Assembly: GCA_041619515.1 (NCBI GenBank)
Contig: JBFKDW010000017.1
Location: forward strand, 1-44,670
DNA from: Acidimicrobiia bacterium
GTDB taxonomy: Bacteria; Actinomycetota; Acidimicrobiia; Spongiisociales; SHLN01
Direction: 5' to 3'
DNA length: 44,670 nt
Below are positions 9,410-18,621 of the stretch, in pieces. Position 1 is the stretch's first letter, and each line of letters opens with the position of its first letter. The notes under the pieces are model-generated. The model saw nothing but the letters and a program-made list of their open reading frames with translations, searched no databases and was not told the origin of the DNA. A program made the translations under genes and the position numbers.

Positions 9410-11611
9410 GTGGACTGGAATCAGGACGACGAGCTGCAGGCCATCTTTCGGGCCGAAATGGAGGACCGCGCGCCACATCTGGCCGCCGGCGCCCGGTCGA
9501 TGATCGACGGCACCCTCACCTCCGAGGCCACCGAGGAATGCGCCCGGCACGCCCACACGGTGAAGGGAACGGCGAAGGTCATGGGCTTCGAGGCGATCGG
9601 AGAGGCCGGCGGCCGGCTAGAGGTGGATTGGAAGGCCATCCAGGATCACACCCTCGAGCCGAGCGCCAGCCTCGGACGCCGGCTGCTGGCAGTGAGCGAA
9701 GCGCTGTTGCCCGCCATCGACGCCGATCCCGACCTGGGCACCCCTGAGCTGTCGGCGGCTCTCCGAGCCCTCATCCAGGGGGAGGATGCGCCGGAAGCCG
9801 GCCCCTCCAACGTGTCGGAGCTGACGCCTCCGCCGATCCGCATGGATTCCCCCGGCGAAGCGGAGGGTTTCGAGGTGCCGGCAGAAGGACGCGAGAGCCC
9901 GCTCGGCCCGGCCCTCATCGTGATCGACGGCTACAAGGGGGAGAGTGCTCCGGTCAATCCCAACGTCGGCAACTTGGGCGGACTGCTCGCCTCCAGTGAC
10001 TCCTTCGCCTCCGGTGAGACGACCGGGGTGGATACGGCCAAGCTGTACCGGCTCATCAATCGCGTTGCGGAGCTGCGATTGGATGCCGAGGCACTCGGAA
10101 CCACCATCGAGGCGCTGCGCGGTGCGGCCACTTCCGACCTTCGTGCCGTAGCCGCTCTGGCCAGCCGCTGGGAGGCGGCGGTTGCCGATATCAACGAGGC
10201 GGTGGCAGAGATTCAGCACCAGGCCGTCACGCTGGTGGCCGTCCCGCTCTCCACCGTGACGAGCACGGTTCCCGGCCTGGTGCGTTTCCTGGCCAAGAAG
10301 ACCGGCCGCGAAGTGCGGCTCGAGGTCGTCGACGACGACATCGAAGTGGACCTGCAGACCCTCGAAACGCTGGCCAATGCCTTCCGCAATCTCATCGTCA
10401 ACGCCGTCGAACACGGCATCGAGAACCCCGAAGATCGCATCGCCGCCGGCAAGCCCGCCACCGGCACACTCGGCATCCGCGCCAGCATCGAGGACGGCCG
10501 CCTCAGCCTGGCCGTGAGCGATGACGGGCGGGGCATCGACTGGGCCGCCCTGCGCCAGGCCGCAGTCGTGGCGGGAATGTCCGAAGCAGGAGCCGAGGTC
10601 TCCGAGGAGCAGCTGCGGGTTCTCCTCTTCGAGTCCGGCATCAGCACCTCCCCATCGCACAGCGAGCTCAGCGGCAGCGGGCAAGGATTCAACAACGTTG
10701 CCAGGATCGTGCGGGACATGCGCGGGTCGGTCCGGCTCGAAACCGAATCAGGAGTCGGAACCACCGTCACCCTCACGGTTCCGGCTTTTCAGAGCCTGCA
10801 GCGTGCGCTCATCATCGAGGCCGCCGGCCGGAGATGGGGCTTGGCCGAACCGGCGGTCCTCGACCGTTTCTCGATGCTGGACGCCGACGAGGTCACCGTC
10901 GGCGGCAACCGCGAGGTCGCCTGGGGCGACGGGTCACTTCCGATTGCGTCCCTGGCGGCTGCAGCCGGCCTGCCGGACACCGACACCCACCGCGATGTGG
11001 TGGTGCTCGCCACCCGGACAGGTCCGGCGGCACTCGCAGTGACCTCGGTGGTGGGTGTGCGCGAGGTCGCCACCAAGAGCCTGGGCCCACTGGTGTCCGG
11101 CACCCACCTCATCACCGGGGCCGCCCTGCTGGGAGGGGGAGAGCTGGCACTCATGCTCGATGCCGACGCGTTGGGAGAGGCCAGCAGAAAGACTCGCACC
11201 GGGCTGGCACCGGACGTGCTGCCACGGGTCCTGGTGGTCGACGACTCGCCTGGAGTGCGCCAGATCGTGGCGGGAGCTCTTGCCGCAGGGGGCTTTGATA
11301 CCGTGGTGGCCGGGACGGCTGAGGAGGCCGTCGACATCGTCGGCGCCGGGGGCGTCGACGCCATCGTGGTGGACTATTCGCTGCCGGGGTCAGACGGCAT
11401 CTCGCTCGTGGAGGATGTTCGGTCCCGCTCGACCGTGCTCCCCATCGTGATGATGTCTGCGGTGGCCGACCGCGCCGACCAGGACCGGGCCAAAGCTGCC
11501 GGTGTCGATGCCTATTTCGACAAGTCGGACTTCCGGGAAGGTGCGCTGGTATCAACCCTTCATTCCTTGCTGGAACGAGCCGATAAGGGACGAGAGGCAC
11601 AGGCACGATGA
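9410..11611 (+). CDS. CheA-like hybrid histidine kinase (Hpt-HATPase-CheW-REC)
   Basis: Hpt RHAHTVKG, N-box NLIVNAVEHGIE, DDGRGID, G.GTT.TL.VP, CheW-like GAALLGGGELALMLD, C-terminal receiver VLVVDDS...VVDYSLP...YFDK. Confidence 0.88.
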   Translation: MDWNQDDELQAIFRAEMEDRAPHLAAGARSMIDGTLTSEATEECARHAHTVKGTAKVMGFEAIGEAGGRLEVDWKAIQDHTLEPSASLGRRLLAVSEALLPAIDADPDLGTPELSAALRALIQGEDAPEAGPSNVSELTPPPIRMDSPGEAEGFEVPAEGRESPLGPALIVIDGYKGESAPVNPNVGNLGGLLASSDSFASGETTGVDTAKLYRLINRVAELRLDAEALGTTIEALRGAATSDLRAVAALASRWEAAVADINEAVAEIQHQAVTLVAVPLSTVTSTVPGLVRFLAKKTGREVRLEVVDDDIEVDLQTLETLANAFRNLIVNAVEHGIENPEDRIAAGKPATGTLGIRASIEDGRLSLAVSDDGRGIDWAALRQAAVVAGMSEAGAEVSEEQLRVLLFESGISTSPSHSELSGSGQGFNNVARIVRDMRGSVRLETESGVGTTVTLTVPAFQSLQRALIIEAAGRRWGLAEPAVLDRFSMLDADEVTVGGNREVAWGDGSLPIASLAAAAGLPDTDTHRDVVVLATRTGPAALAVTSVVGVREVATKSLGPLVSGTHLITGAALLGGGELALMLDADALGEASRKTRTGLAPDVLPRVLVVDDSPGVRQIVAGALAAGGFDTVVAGTAEEAVDIVGAGGVDAIVVDYSLPGSDGISLVEDVRSRSTVLPIVMMSAVADRADQDRAKAAGVDAYFDKSDFREGALVSTLHSLLERADKGREAQAR

Positions 11612-12612
11612 AAGTACTCATTGCAGACGACAGCCCGGTCCTGGTTACCGCGCTCCGAAAGTTGCTCGAACAGAGCGGCTATGAGGTTGTGGCCGCCATG
11701 GACGGCCTGGAAGCCGTGCAGTGCTTCTACCAGGAGAACCCCGATCTCGTCCTGCTCGACATCCAGATGCCGAAACTGCACGGCTACGTCGTGTGCCGGC
11801 TGCTCAAGGAGGATCCGGCCTCGCGCCATATCCCGGTGCTCATCCTCACCGGACGGGACTCCGCGGAGGACCGGTACTGGGGCAATCGCTCGGGTGCAGA
11901 CGGATATCTGACCAAAGAGTCGATGGGTGACGAGCTGCTGGACGCCATCCAGTCGGCCCTGGCCAGCCGGGCCCTCTCCGACATGGGCCGGGTCGAGCCG
12001 CTTCCGCAGTCCCTCGACGAAAGCGACGTGCTGAGCCGGGTGTGCGAGGTGCTGGACCGCAAGCTCTTCGAAGCCACCATCGTCAACGACATCGTGGGAG
12101 TGGGGGTCCGGGCAATGGACCTGGAAGCCACCGTCTCCGAAGCTCTCAACATCATCCGCCGCATCCTCGAATTCCAGGGCGGCGCCGTAGTGCTTCCCAA
12201 CGAACGGAGGCTCCTCGTCAGGTTCGACAAGACCATTTCACAGGGGGACTTCGACGAGTTCCGGTCGTTGAGCGCGCTCCGCTGCCGCCAGTTCACCACC
12301 GCCGACGTCACGATCGACGATCTCAACGTCTCCTTCGTTCACGGTCTCGCCAAGGAAGAGATGATCGACTCCGAGGGCGGCTTGGAGGACAAGGGCTGGC
12401 CGTCGTTTGCGGTGGCTCCGCTCTGGTCCCGCGGCGAAGTGGTCGGAGTGCTCGTGCTGGGCTCTCAGCGAGCAGAAGCTTTCTCCGATACGACCGATCG
12501 CACGCTTCGGACCATCGAGCCACACGTGGCGAGCGTGGTCGATTCGGCCCGCCATTACCAGAAGCTGCTGGAGCAAGAAGCCCGCAGCTCACTCAGCTCG
12601 CTCTTCGAATAG
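11608..12612 (+). CDS. Response regulator (REC) with C-terminal GAF-like domain
   Basis: VLIADDS, LLDIQMP, ILT, YLTK receiver. C-terminal APL..RGEVVGVLVLGS...AFS..L resembles GAF. Overlaps the kinase stop (ATGA). Confidence 0.8.
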   Translation: MKVLIADDSPVLVTALRKLLEQSGYEVVAAMDGLEAVQCFYQENPDLVLLDIQMPKLHGYVVCRLLKEDPASRHIPVLILTGRDSAEDRYWGNRSGADGYLTKESMGDELLDAIQSALASRALSDMGRVEPLPQSLDESDVLSRVCEVLDRKLFEATIVNDIVGVGVRAMDLEATVSEALNIIRRILEFQGGAVVLPNERRLLVRFDKTISQGDFDEFRSLSALRCRQFTTADVTIDDLNVSFVHGLAKEEMIDSEGGLEDKGWPSFAVAPLWSRGEVVGVLVLGSQRAEAFSDTTDRTLRTIEPHVASVVDSARHYQKLLEQEARSSLSSLFE

Positions 12613-12712
12613 CCCCAGCCGGCCGGCGTGGCGGCGTTGGCTCATCGCCGGCGAGGCCCCGCAAATGACACGGTTGAGATTCAGGTCCTCACAGGCCCGT
12701 ATACTCGCCCTC

Positions 12713-14905
12713 ATGACCGTGGAATCCCCTCTGTTCGCCGACCTCAATCCGGCCCAGCGCGAGGCCGTAGCGGCCACCGACGGTGCGGTGCTGGTGGTGG
12801 CGGGGGCCGGTTCGGGCAAGACACGGGTGCTCACCTACCGGATTGCATACTTGATTCAGGACCTGGATGTCTCGCCGTACCAGATTCTCGCCATCACCTT
12901 CACCAACAAGGCGGCGTCGGAGATGAAGGAGCGGGTTGGTGACCTGGTGGGACCCGTCATCGACTCGATGTGGGTGTCGACGTTTCATTCGGCGTGTGTG
13001 CGTATCCTGCGTCGCGAGGCGCACAGGTTCGGCTACAAGTCCTCGTTCTCCATCTACGACTCGGCCGATTCGCTCCGCCTGATCACCTACTGTTTGCGAG
13101 ATCTCGACCTCGACACCAAGCGCTTCCCGCCCCGCAACATCCGGGCCGCCATCAGCAACGCCAAGAATGAACTGATCGATCACGAGACTTTTGCCGGGCA
13201 GGGGAGCGGATACTTCCACGAACAGGTATCCGAGGTGTACCGGCTCTATCAGCAGCGGCTGGTGGAAGCGTCGGCGATGGATTTCGACGACCTGCTCAAG
13301 GTGACCGTGGAACTGCTGGGTGCGTTTCCCGACGTCCTCGGCTACTACCAGGACCGCTTTCGCTACATCCTCATCGATGAGTACCAGGACACCAACCACG
13401 CCCAGTACATGCTCGTCAAGATGCTGGCCGAGAAACACGGCAACCTGTGTGTGGTGGGGGATTCGGATCAGAGCATCTACGCCTTCCGGGGTGCCAACAT
13501 CCGCAACATCATCGAGTTCGAACGGGATTACCCCGACGCTCGCATCGTCTTGCTGGAACAGAACTACCGCTCCACCCAGAACATTCTGGATGCGGCCAAC
13601 TCGGTCATTGCCAACAACCCGGCCCGCCAGCCCAAGCAGCTGTGGACCGACGCCGGAGGAGGCGAGAGGATTCGTCGCTACGAAGCCCAGGATGAGCGTG
13701 ATGAAGCCGCCTATGTGGCCGAGAAGATCGGTGAGCTGGAATCCGATGGCTTCGCCGCCCGCGACATGGCCGTGTTCTACCGGACCAACGCTCAGAGCCG
13801 CGTCCTGGAGGAGGTGTTCGTCCGGTACGGCATTCCCTATCAGGTCGTGGGTGGCACGAAGTTCTACGAGCGACGGGAGGTGAAAGACGGGTTCGGGTAC
13901 CTCCAGGTGCTGGTCAATCCCGACGACCAGGTGGCTGTCAAGCGCATTCTCAACTCCCCGAAGCGGGGAATCGGCGACACCTCGGTCGGCCACATCGACC
14001 GGTTCTCGCAGGCAGAAGGCATCACGTTCTACGACGCCCTTCTCAAGATCCACGATATCGACGCGGTGTCGACCCGGGCGGCCAAGTCGGTCACCGAGTT
14101 CATCGGACTGCTCGACTATCTCCGTGAGAAAGCCGAAGACGGCCCCCGGGCTGCGGTGGCTGCGATGCTCGCCGACAGCGGGCTGGTGCAGGCCTTCGAG
14201 GCGGAGCGGACCGTGGAAGCGCTGGGACGGGTCGAGAACCTCAAAGAAATGCTGACGATCGCCGAGGAGTTCGAGGAAAGCGGTCCCGGCCGGGAGAACG
14301 CCGACGGGGTTCCGTGGGTCGAGCTCGGCGGGATGGAGCGGCTCCAACTGTTCCTCGAGACGGTCAGCCTGGTCAACGAGGTGGACGAGATGTCCGACGG
14401 TGACCATTCCGGCCAGGTCACGCTGATGACGCTGCATAACGCCAAGGGTCTCGAGTTCCCCGTCATCTTCATGGTCGGCCTCGAGGACGGAGTGTTCCCG
14501 CACATGCGGTCCCTCGGTGAGCCCGCCGAGATGGAGGAGGAGCGGCGCCTCTTCTACGTCGGCGTCACCCGCGCCGAACAGCGGTTGTTCCTCATCAACG
14601 CCGTTCAGCGGGCGCTGTGGGGAGCCCCCAACTTCAACGGCCCGAGCCGGTTCCTGCGGGAGGTACCCGACCACCTGTTGGAGGAGGAGTCGCGGGTGAA
14701 ACGCGACCGGCGGGAGTCGATCGTTGCCCGTCCCGAGGCCCTTTCGGATGTGACACCGGGCGAAACGGTGATCCACGATCACTGGGGCCGCGGCATCGTG
14801 GTGACCGTCGATGGTGCCGGCGACAAAGCTGAGGCCGTGGTGGAGTTCGACGGTGAGGGCAAGAAGACTCTGCTGCTCGCCTGGGCACCCCTTCGCAAGC
14901 CCTAG
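12713..14905 (+). CDS. pcrA: ATP-dependent DNA helicase PcrA/UvrD
   Basis: LNPAQREAV, AGAGSGKT, DEYQDTN, VGDSDQSIY, LEQNYRST, TLHNAKGLEF, EERRLFYVGVTRA and a C-terminal Tudor-like H..WG.G. Start set at ATG 12713, 7 nt after TATACT. Confidence 0.96.
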   Translation: MTVESPLFADLNPAQREAVAATDGAVLVVAGAGSGKTRVLTYRIAYLIQDLDVSPYQILAITFTNKAASEMKERVGDLVGPVIDSMWVSTFHSACVRILRREAHRFGYKSSFSIYDSADSLRLITYCLRDLDLDTKRFPPRNIRAAISNAKNELIDHETFAGQGSGYFHEQVSEVYRLYQQRLVEASAMDFDDLLKVTVELLGAFPDVLGYYQDRFRYILIDEYQDTNHAQYMLVKMLAEKHGNLCVVGDSDQSIYAFRGANIRNIIEFERDYPDARIVLLEQNYRSTQNILDAANSVIANNPARQPKQLWTDAGGGERIRRYEAQDERDEAAYVAEKIGELESDGFAARDMAVFYRTNAQSRVLEEVFVRYGIPYQVVGGTKFYERREVKDGFGYLQVLVNPDDQVAVKRILNSPKRGIGDTSVGHIDRFSQAEGITFYDALLKIHDIDAVSTRAAKSVTEFIGLLDYLREKAEDGPRAAVAAMLADSGLVQAFEAERTVEALGRVENLKEMLTIAEEFEESGPGRENADGVPWVELGGMERLQLFLETVSLVNEVDEMSDGDHSGQVTLMTLHNAKGLEFPVIFMVGLEDGVFPHMRSLGEPAEMEEERRLFYVGVTRAEQRLFLINAVQRALWGAPNFNGPSRFLREVPDHLLEEESRVKRDRRESIVARPEALSDVTPGETVIHDHWGRGIVVTVDGAGDKAEAVVEFDGEGKKTLLLAWAPLRKP

Positions 14906-14997
14906 CCCCTCGTCCCGGTTGCGAAGAGGGGAGAACGGCTCTGGTCGGGCGCCGTCCGGTGTGACACGCTGGCGATACGGCAACTGAGGAGGGAAAG

Positions 14998-15342
14998 ATG
15001 AGTACGGTACATGACGTTCTGAGCGAGGCGCGCGACACGCTCACCGTCAAGCGGGTCTACGGCGAACCGATCTCCCACAACGGCGTGACGGTGATTCCCG
15101 CTGCCTCGCTGCGGGGCGGTGGCGGTGGCGGCGAGGGGGAGGCCGGTCCGGAGACGCCCGGTGGCTCCGGCGGAGGGTTCGGGATGAGTGCCCGCCCGGT
15201 CGGCGTATATCAGATCAAAGGCGATGAGGTCGAGTGGATCCCGGCTGCCGACACGACCAGGGTGATCCTTGTGGCAGAGGCTGTGGCGATCGTGGCGCTG
15301 CTGGTTCTGCGGTCCGTTCTCAGGAGCAGGCGCCGCCGCTGA
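14998..15342 (+). CDS. GerW/YtfJ family protein
   Basis: VYGEPI..NGVTVIP, glycine-rich GGGGG...GSGGGFG, PVGVY.I and a C-terminal TM segment. SD gaggaggg. Confidence 0.8.
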   Translation: MSTVHDVLSEARDTLTVKRVYGEPISHNGVTVIPAASLRGGGGGGEGEAGPETPGGSGGGFGMSARPVGVYQIKGDEVEWIPAADTTRVILVAEAVAIVALLVLRSVLRSRRRR

Positions 15343-15407
15343 GCGTCGAAGGGCTGGCCACCGACCGGACAGAGCGGGGCCCGAGTGCCTCCTGCTCTGC
15401 TCGGGTG

Positions 15408-17105
15408 TCAGGCTCCGAGCGCCGCGATCGCGCTGAGAAAGACCTCCCCGTAGGTCTCCAGCTTCTTCGGCCCGACGCCACTGATATCGAGGAGCTCGGC
15501 CGGCGTGGAAGGGCGGCGCTCGAGCATCTCGGCCAGGGTGGCGTCGCTGAACACGACATACGCGGGAACCCCGGCCTCGATGGCAAGCTTGCGCCGCACG
15601 GCCTTGAGCGACTCGAAGGCCGGCCCGTCGGGCTGGGCGGCCCCTCTCGCTTTGGGTGGGCGTGCCGTCAACCCCTCCAGGACGTCGGTACCCAGGCATA
15701 CGTGACACGATTCCTCACACCGGTCGATTGTCTCGCCGAAGTAGCCGACGAGTGAGCGGTGCCGGCACCCGTGACGATCGGCCCAGCCGAACACTTCCCG
15801 GATCCGGGCGGCCCGGCGGTCGGAATCGACCATTCGTTCCAGGTTGATGACGTCTGCCCACGAGTAGAACAAGATGCAATCGCTATCGAGGCCGTCCCGG
15901 CCTGCCCGTCCGATCTCCTGGTAGTACGACTCGATCGACTTTGGCATATCGCGGTGGATCACGTACCGGACGTTGGATTTGTCGATCCCCATGCCAAAGG
16001 CGATGGTGGCGCAGATCACGTCGACCTGGTCGTGAATGAAGGCATCCTGCACAGCCGATCGGTCGCTCTGATCCATCCCGGCGTGATAGGCGATGGCGGC
16101 CACCCCGAGGCTGCGCAGGTAGGCGGCGGTGGACTCCGCCGACTTGCGGCTCAGTGTGTAGATGATGCCGCTCTGACCGGGGCGGGCCAGGCACAGCTTC
16201 CCGATCGATTCCTTCACCTTGACTCGCCTGCCGTTGGTCGTGCCCTTCTTGACGACGTGAATCTTGAGATTGGGGCGGAAGAATGAGCCGCGAAACATTA
16301 GCGGGTTACGAAGCCCGAGCTGCTGTTCGATGTCCCGCACCACCTCCTCGGTCGCAGTGGCGGTGAGTGCCAGCACCGGGACACCGAAGCGTTCCTTCAG
16401 CCCCTGGAGGTTGCGATAGGCGGGCCGGAAGTCGTGGCCCCACTGGCTGATGCAGTGGGCTTCGTCGACGGCGATCAGCCGAAGATCGATCCCCCGGAGG
16501 GCGCTCCCAACCGACGCTTCCAGGCCCTCGGGTGCCGCGTACACCAGCTCGTACTCACCCGCCTGGAGCCGGGCCACCCGATCGGCTTGTTCGGCCGGGT
16601 CGAGGCTGGAATTGAGGAAGGTCGATCGAAAGCCCGCCTGGCCCAGCCCATCGACCTGGTCCTTCATGAGGGCGATGAGCGGTGAGATCACCAGCGTCGT
16701 TCCGCCGAGCACCCGCGCCGCCAGTTGGTACGTCAACGACTTGCCGGCCCCGGTCGGCATGATCCCCATGCAATCGCGTCCTGCCACCACCGCGTCGATG
16801 ATCTCCCGCTGGCCGGGGCGGAATCCGGAGAACCCGAACGTGGCTTTCAGGGCATCGTCGACGGCAGCCGACTGCAGCTCGGCCACCCGGCCGCCGAGGG
16901 CGCCCAGCTCCTGCACGAGATCGGGCGGGAAATCGCCGGGGCTCCGGCGCCAGTGGCTGCGGAGGGCGTCGAGCTCGCCCGCCGCCCCAATGTGGTCGTG
17001 CTCGGATATCACCTCTCCCAGCCGGGAGATGGCCTTGTCGATTCCGGCTCGGCTCTCATCCATCGAACGATGACGGTACTCGACGGCTGCTGCGATCGTT
17101 GACAT
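15408..17105 (-). CDS. recQ: RecQ-family DNA helicase with HRDC domain
   Basis: [48 protein letters not shown], Zn motif CRH...[22 protein letters not shown]. Start 17105 lies 6 nt after CACACT. Confidence 0.93.
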   Translation of the reverse strand: MSTIAAAVEYRHRSMDESRAGIDKAISRLGEVISEHDHIGAAGELDALRSHWRRSPGDFPPDLVQELGALGGRVAELQSAAVDDALKATFGFSGFRPGQREIIDAVVAGRDCMGIMPTGAGKSLTYQLAARVLGGTTLVISPLIALMKDQVDGLGQAGFRSTFLNSSLDPAEQADRVARLQAGEYELVYAAPEGLEASVGSALRGIDLRLIAVDEAHCISQWGHDFRPAYRNLQGLKERFGVPVLALTATATEEVVRDIEQQLGLRNPLMFRGSFFRPNLKIHVVKKGTTNGRRVKVKESIGKLCLARPGQSGIIYTLSRKSAESTAAYLRSLGVAAIAYHAGMDQSDRSAVQDAFIHDQVDVICATIAFGMGIDKSNVRYVIHRDMPKSIESYYQEIGRAGRDGLDSDCILFYSWADVINLERMVDSDRRAARIREVFGWADRHGCRHRSLVGYFGETIDRCEESCHVCLGTDVLEGLTARPPKARGAAQPDGPAFESLKAVRRKLAIEAGVPAYVVFSDATLAEMLERRPSTPAELLDISGVGPKKLETYGEVFLSAIAALGA

Positions 17106-17201
17106 CCCGCCAGTGTGGCCGCCGGGTGTGACAAATCGGGCCGACACCCGTCGAATCCGGCACGGCGGCGACGTCTTACAGGTGTGGAAAGGAACATACC
17201 C

Positions 17202-18029
17202 ATGAGACGAGCCCTGGTCATCGCGGTGAGCGCCGCTCTGTTTGCAACCCTCTTCGGCAGCTTTGCCGCCTCGGCCGCGACCAATCCGGGCGTCGCCTTC
17301 CATTCCACCGATGCCGCCGTCGGTGCCGACCAGGGCGGAGATGTGCACGTGCGCTCCATCTGGCAGCGCTGTCGCAAACTGATGGGCGACGACGAGCTGG
17401 GCGCCACCGCCCACGAGAAGTGTGTCCAGATCTTCAAACGCTGGTGCAACGCCCACCCCCGTGCCCGCCATTGTCGCCCGCCCGTCCCGCCACCCCGTTG
17501 CCGGGTCATCGACCGCATTGTGGACCGCCGATGCGTGCCGGATCCCTGTCGTATCACCGACCGCCTCACCGACGTCCAGTGCGTGCCGCCGTGTCCGACC
17601 GACCAGGTCCGTGATCGACTGTGTCCCCCCGATCCGTGCCCGACCACCGACCACGTGGCTGATCGGCTGTGCATTCCGCCGTGCCCGACGCTGAGCACCA
17701 CTGTCATCCGGCCCTGCCTGCCACCCGAATGCCTCACGGGCGACGCGGCTTCAGGATGGCTGTGCCTTCCCCCTGAGTGCCTCACCGCCGACACTGTGGC
17801 CGACCGCGTGTGCGGTCCCTGCGTGGCCGATGACGGAGTCGTCAAATGTGTCCCGGTTCCCACCGAGCGTCCACTGGAACGACCCGACGTCGAGCCGACC
17901 GACCGCCCCCTCGAGCGGATGGAGCCTCGTTCAGGAGAAAACGACCGAATCGCCGACCAAGAACTCGACTATCACACCGACCGGGTAGGAAATGACGTTT
18001 ACTTGCGAGCCGTCAACGCCGATTCTTAG
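17202..18029 (+). CDS. Secreted Cys/Pro-rich tandem-repeat protein of unknown function
   Basis: SD gaaagga, signal peptide [25 protein letters not shown], 20 Cys residues, GC-rich third codon positions in this frame. Confidence 0.75.
   Translation: MRRALVIAVSAALFATLFGSFAASAATNPGVAFHSTDAAVGADQGGDVHVRSIWQRCRKLMGDDELGATAHEKCVQIFKRWCNAHPRARHCRPPVPPPRCRVIDRIVDRRCVPDPCRITDRLTDVQCVPPCPTDQVRDRLCPPDPCPTTDHVADRLCIPPCPTLSTTVIRPCLPPECLTGDAASGWLCLPPECLTADTVADRVCGPCVADDGVVKCVPVPTERPLERPDVEPTDRPLERMEPRSGENDRIADQELDYHTDRVGNDVYLRAVNADS
17499..17855 (+). repeat. Eight tandem C-x(8-10)-C repeats with Pro-rich linkers (coding)
   Basis: [16 protein letters not shown] / [15 protein letters not shown] / [15 protein letters not shown] / [15 protein letters not shown] / [16 protein letters not shown] / [16 protein letters not shown] / [14 protein letters not shown] / [12 protein letters not shown]. 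Confidence 0.85.
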
Positions 18030-18104
18030 GAGTATCCGCGAAACCGGGAACGAGCCATTACGCGTGACTCGAGCAGTGAAGAACTCGACGCACTCCCTGA
18101 GGGA

Positions 18105-18620
18105 GTGCGCCGGCTCGCGCCGGAAGCATTTCGGGAGCTGTATGAGCTGCTCGCCGACGGGCTCAACTCGTTCGCCTATTCGATCGTGCGCGATGCCAGC
18201 GCCGCCGAAGATGCCGTCCAGCAAGCGTTCCTCGAGCTCGTCCAGGCGGCCCCCACCATTCGAGGCGATGGGCGGGCTTTGCGTGCCTGGCTGTTCCGCA
18301 GCGTCCGGTTCCGCTGCCTCGACGAGATCCGGCGCCGGGAGCGGCGCCGCGAGACCCTGCACGCGCAGGTCCCCGATGACCCCGTCTCCCCGGTTCCTTC
18401 CCCGGGGGGTGAGGGCGACCTCGAGGCCGCCATGTCCCAGCTGACCCACCAGCAGCGCTCCGTGCTGTTCCTCCGTCACGTCATGGGCATGAGCGGTCAC
18501 GAGGTTGCCGCCATCCTGCAAACCAATCGGGCAGCGGTCTTTGCCACCGCCGCCCGGGCCGAACGGCGGCTGCGCGCACTGTTATCCGACGAGGGGCCGA
18601 ATGCCCAGAGGAGTGCCTGA
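18105..18620 (+). CDS. ECF sigma-70 family RNA polymerase sigma factor
   Basis: AFRELYE, AAEDAVQQAF, RAWLF...R..CLDEIRR (region 2), L...QRSVLFLR...GMS..EVA.IL (region 4). Start uncertain. Confidence 0.9.
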   Translation: MRRLAPEAFRELYELLADGLNSFAYSIVRDASAAEDAVQQAFLELVQAAPTIRGDGRALRAWLFRSVRFRCLDEIRRRERRRETLHAQVPDDPVSPVPSPGGEGDLEAAMSQLTHQQRSVLFLRHVMGMSGHEVAAILQTNRAAVFATAARAERRLRALLSDEGPNAQRSA

Positions 18621-18621
18621 C

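Noticed and set aside
12407..12712. N-terminal extension of the PcrA ORF
   Set aside because: It overlaps the response regulator. PcrA similarity begins at MTVESPLFADLNPAQ, which has a leaderless -10 box.
12689..14983. Long antisense ORFs (also 3302-4765, 28591-30411, 32410-34782, 39044-40366)
   Set aside because: These are shadow ORFs typical of high-GC genes: they mirror well-supported CDSs and show no recognisable motifs.
14998..15342. Sporulation programme implied by YtfJ/GerW and SpoIVB-like names
   Set aside because: Both families occur widely in non-sporulating bacteria, and no other sporulation genes are present.
17106..17654. Long N-terminal extension of the RecQ ORF (748 aa)
   Set aside because: It is antisense to the Cys-repeat gene, and a -10 box sits 6 nt before ATG 17105.
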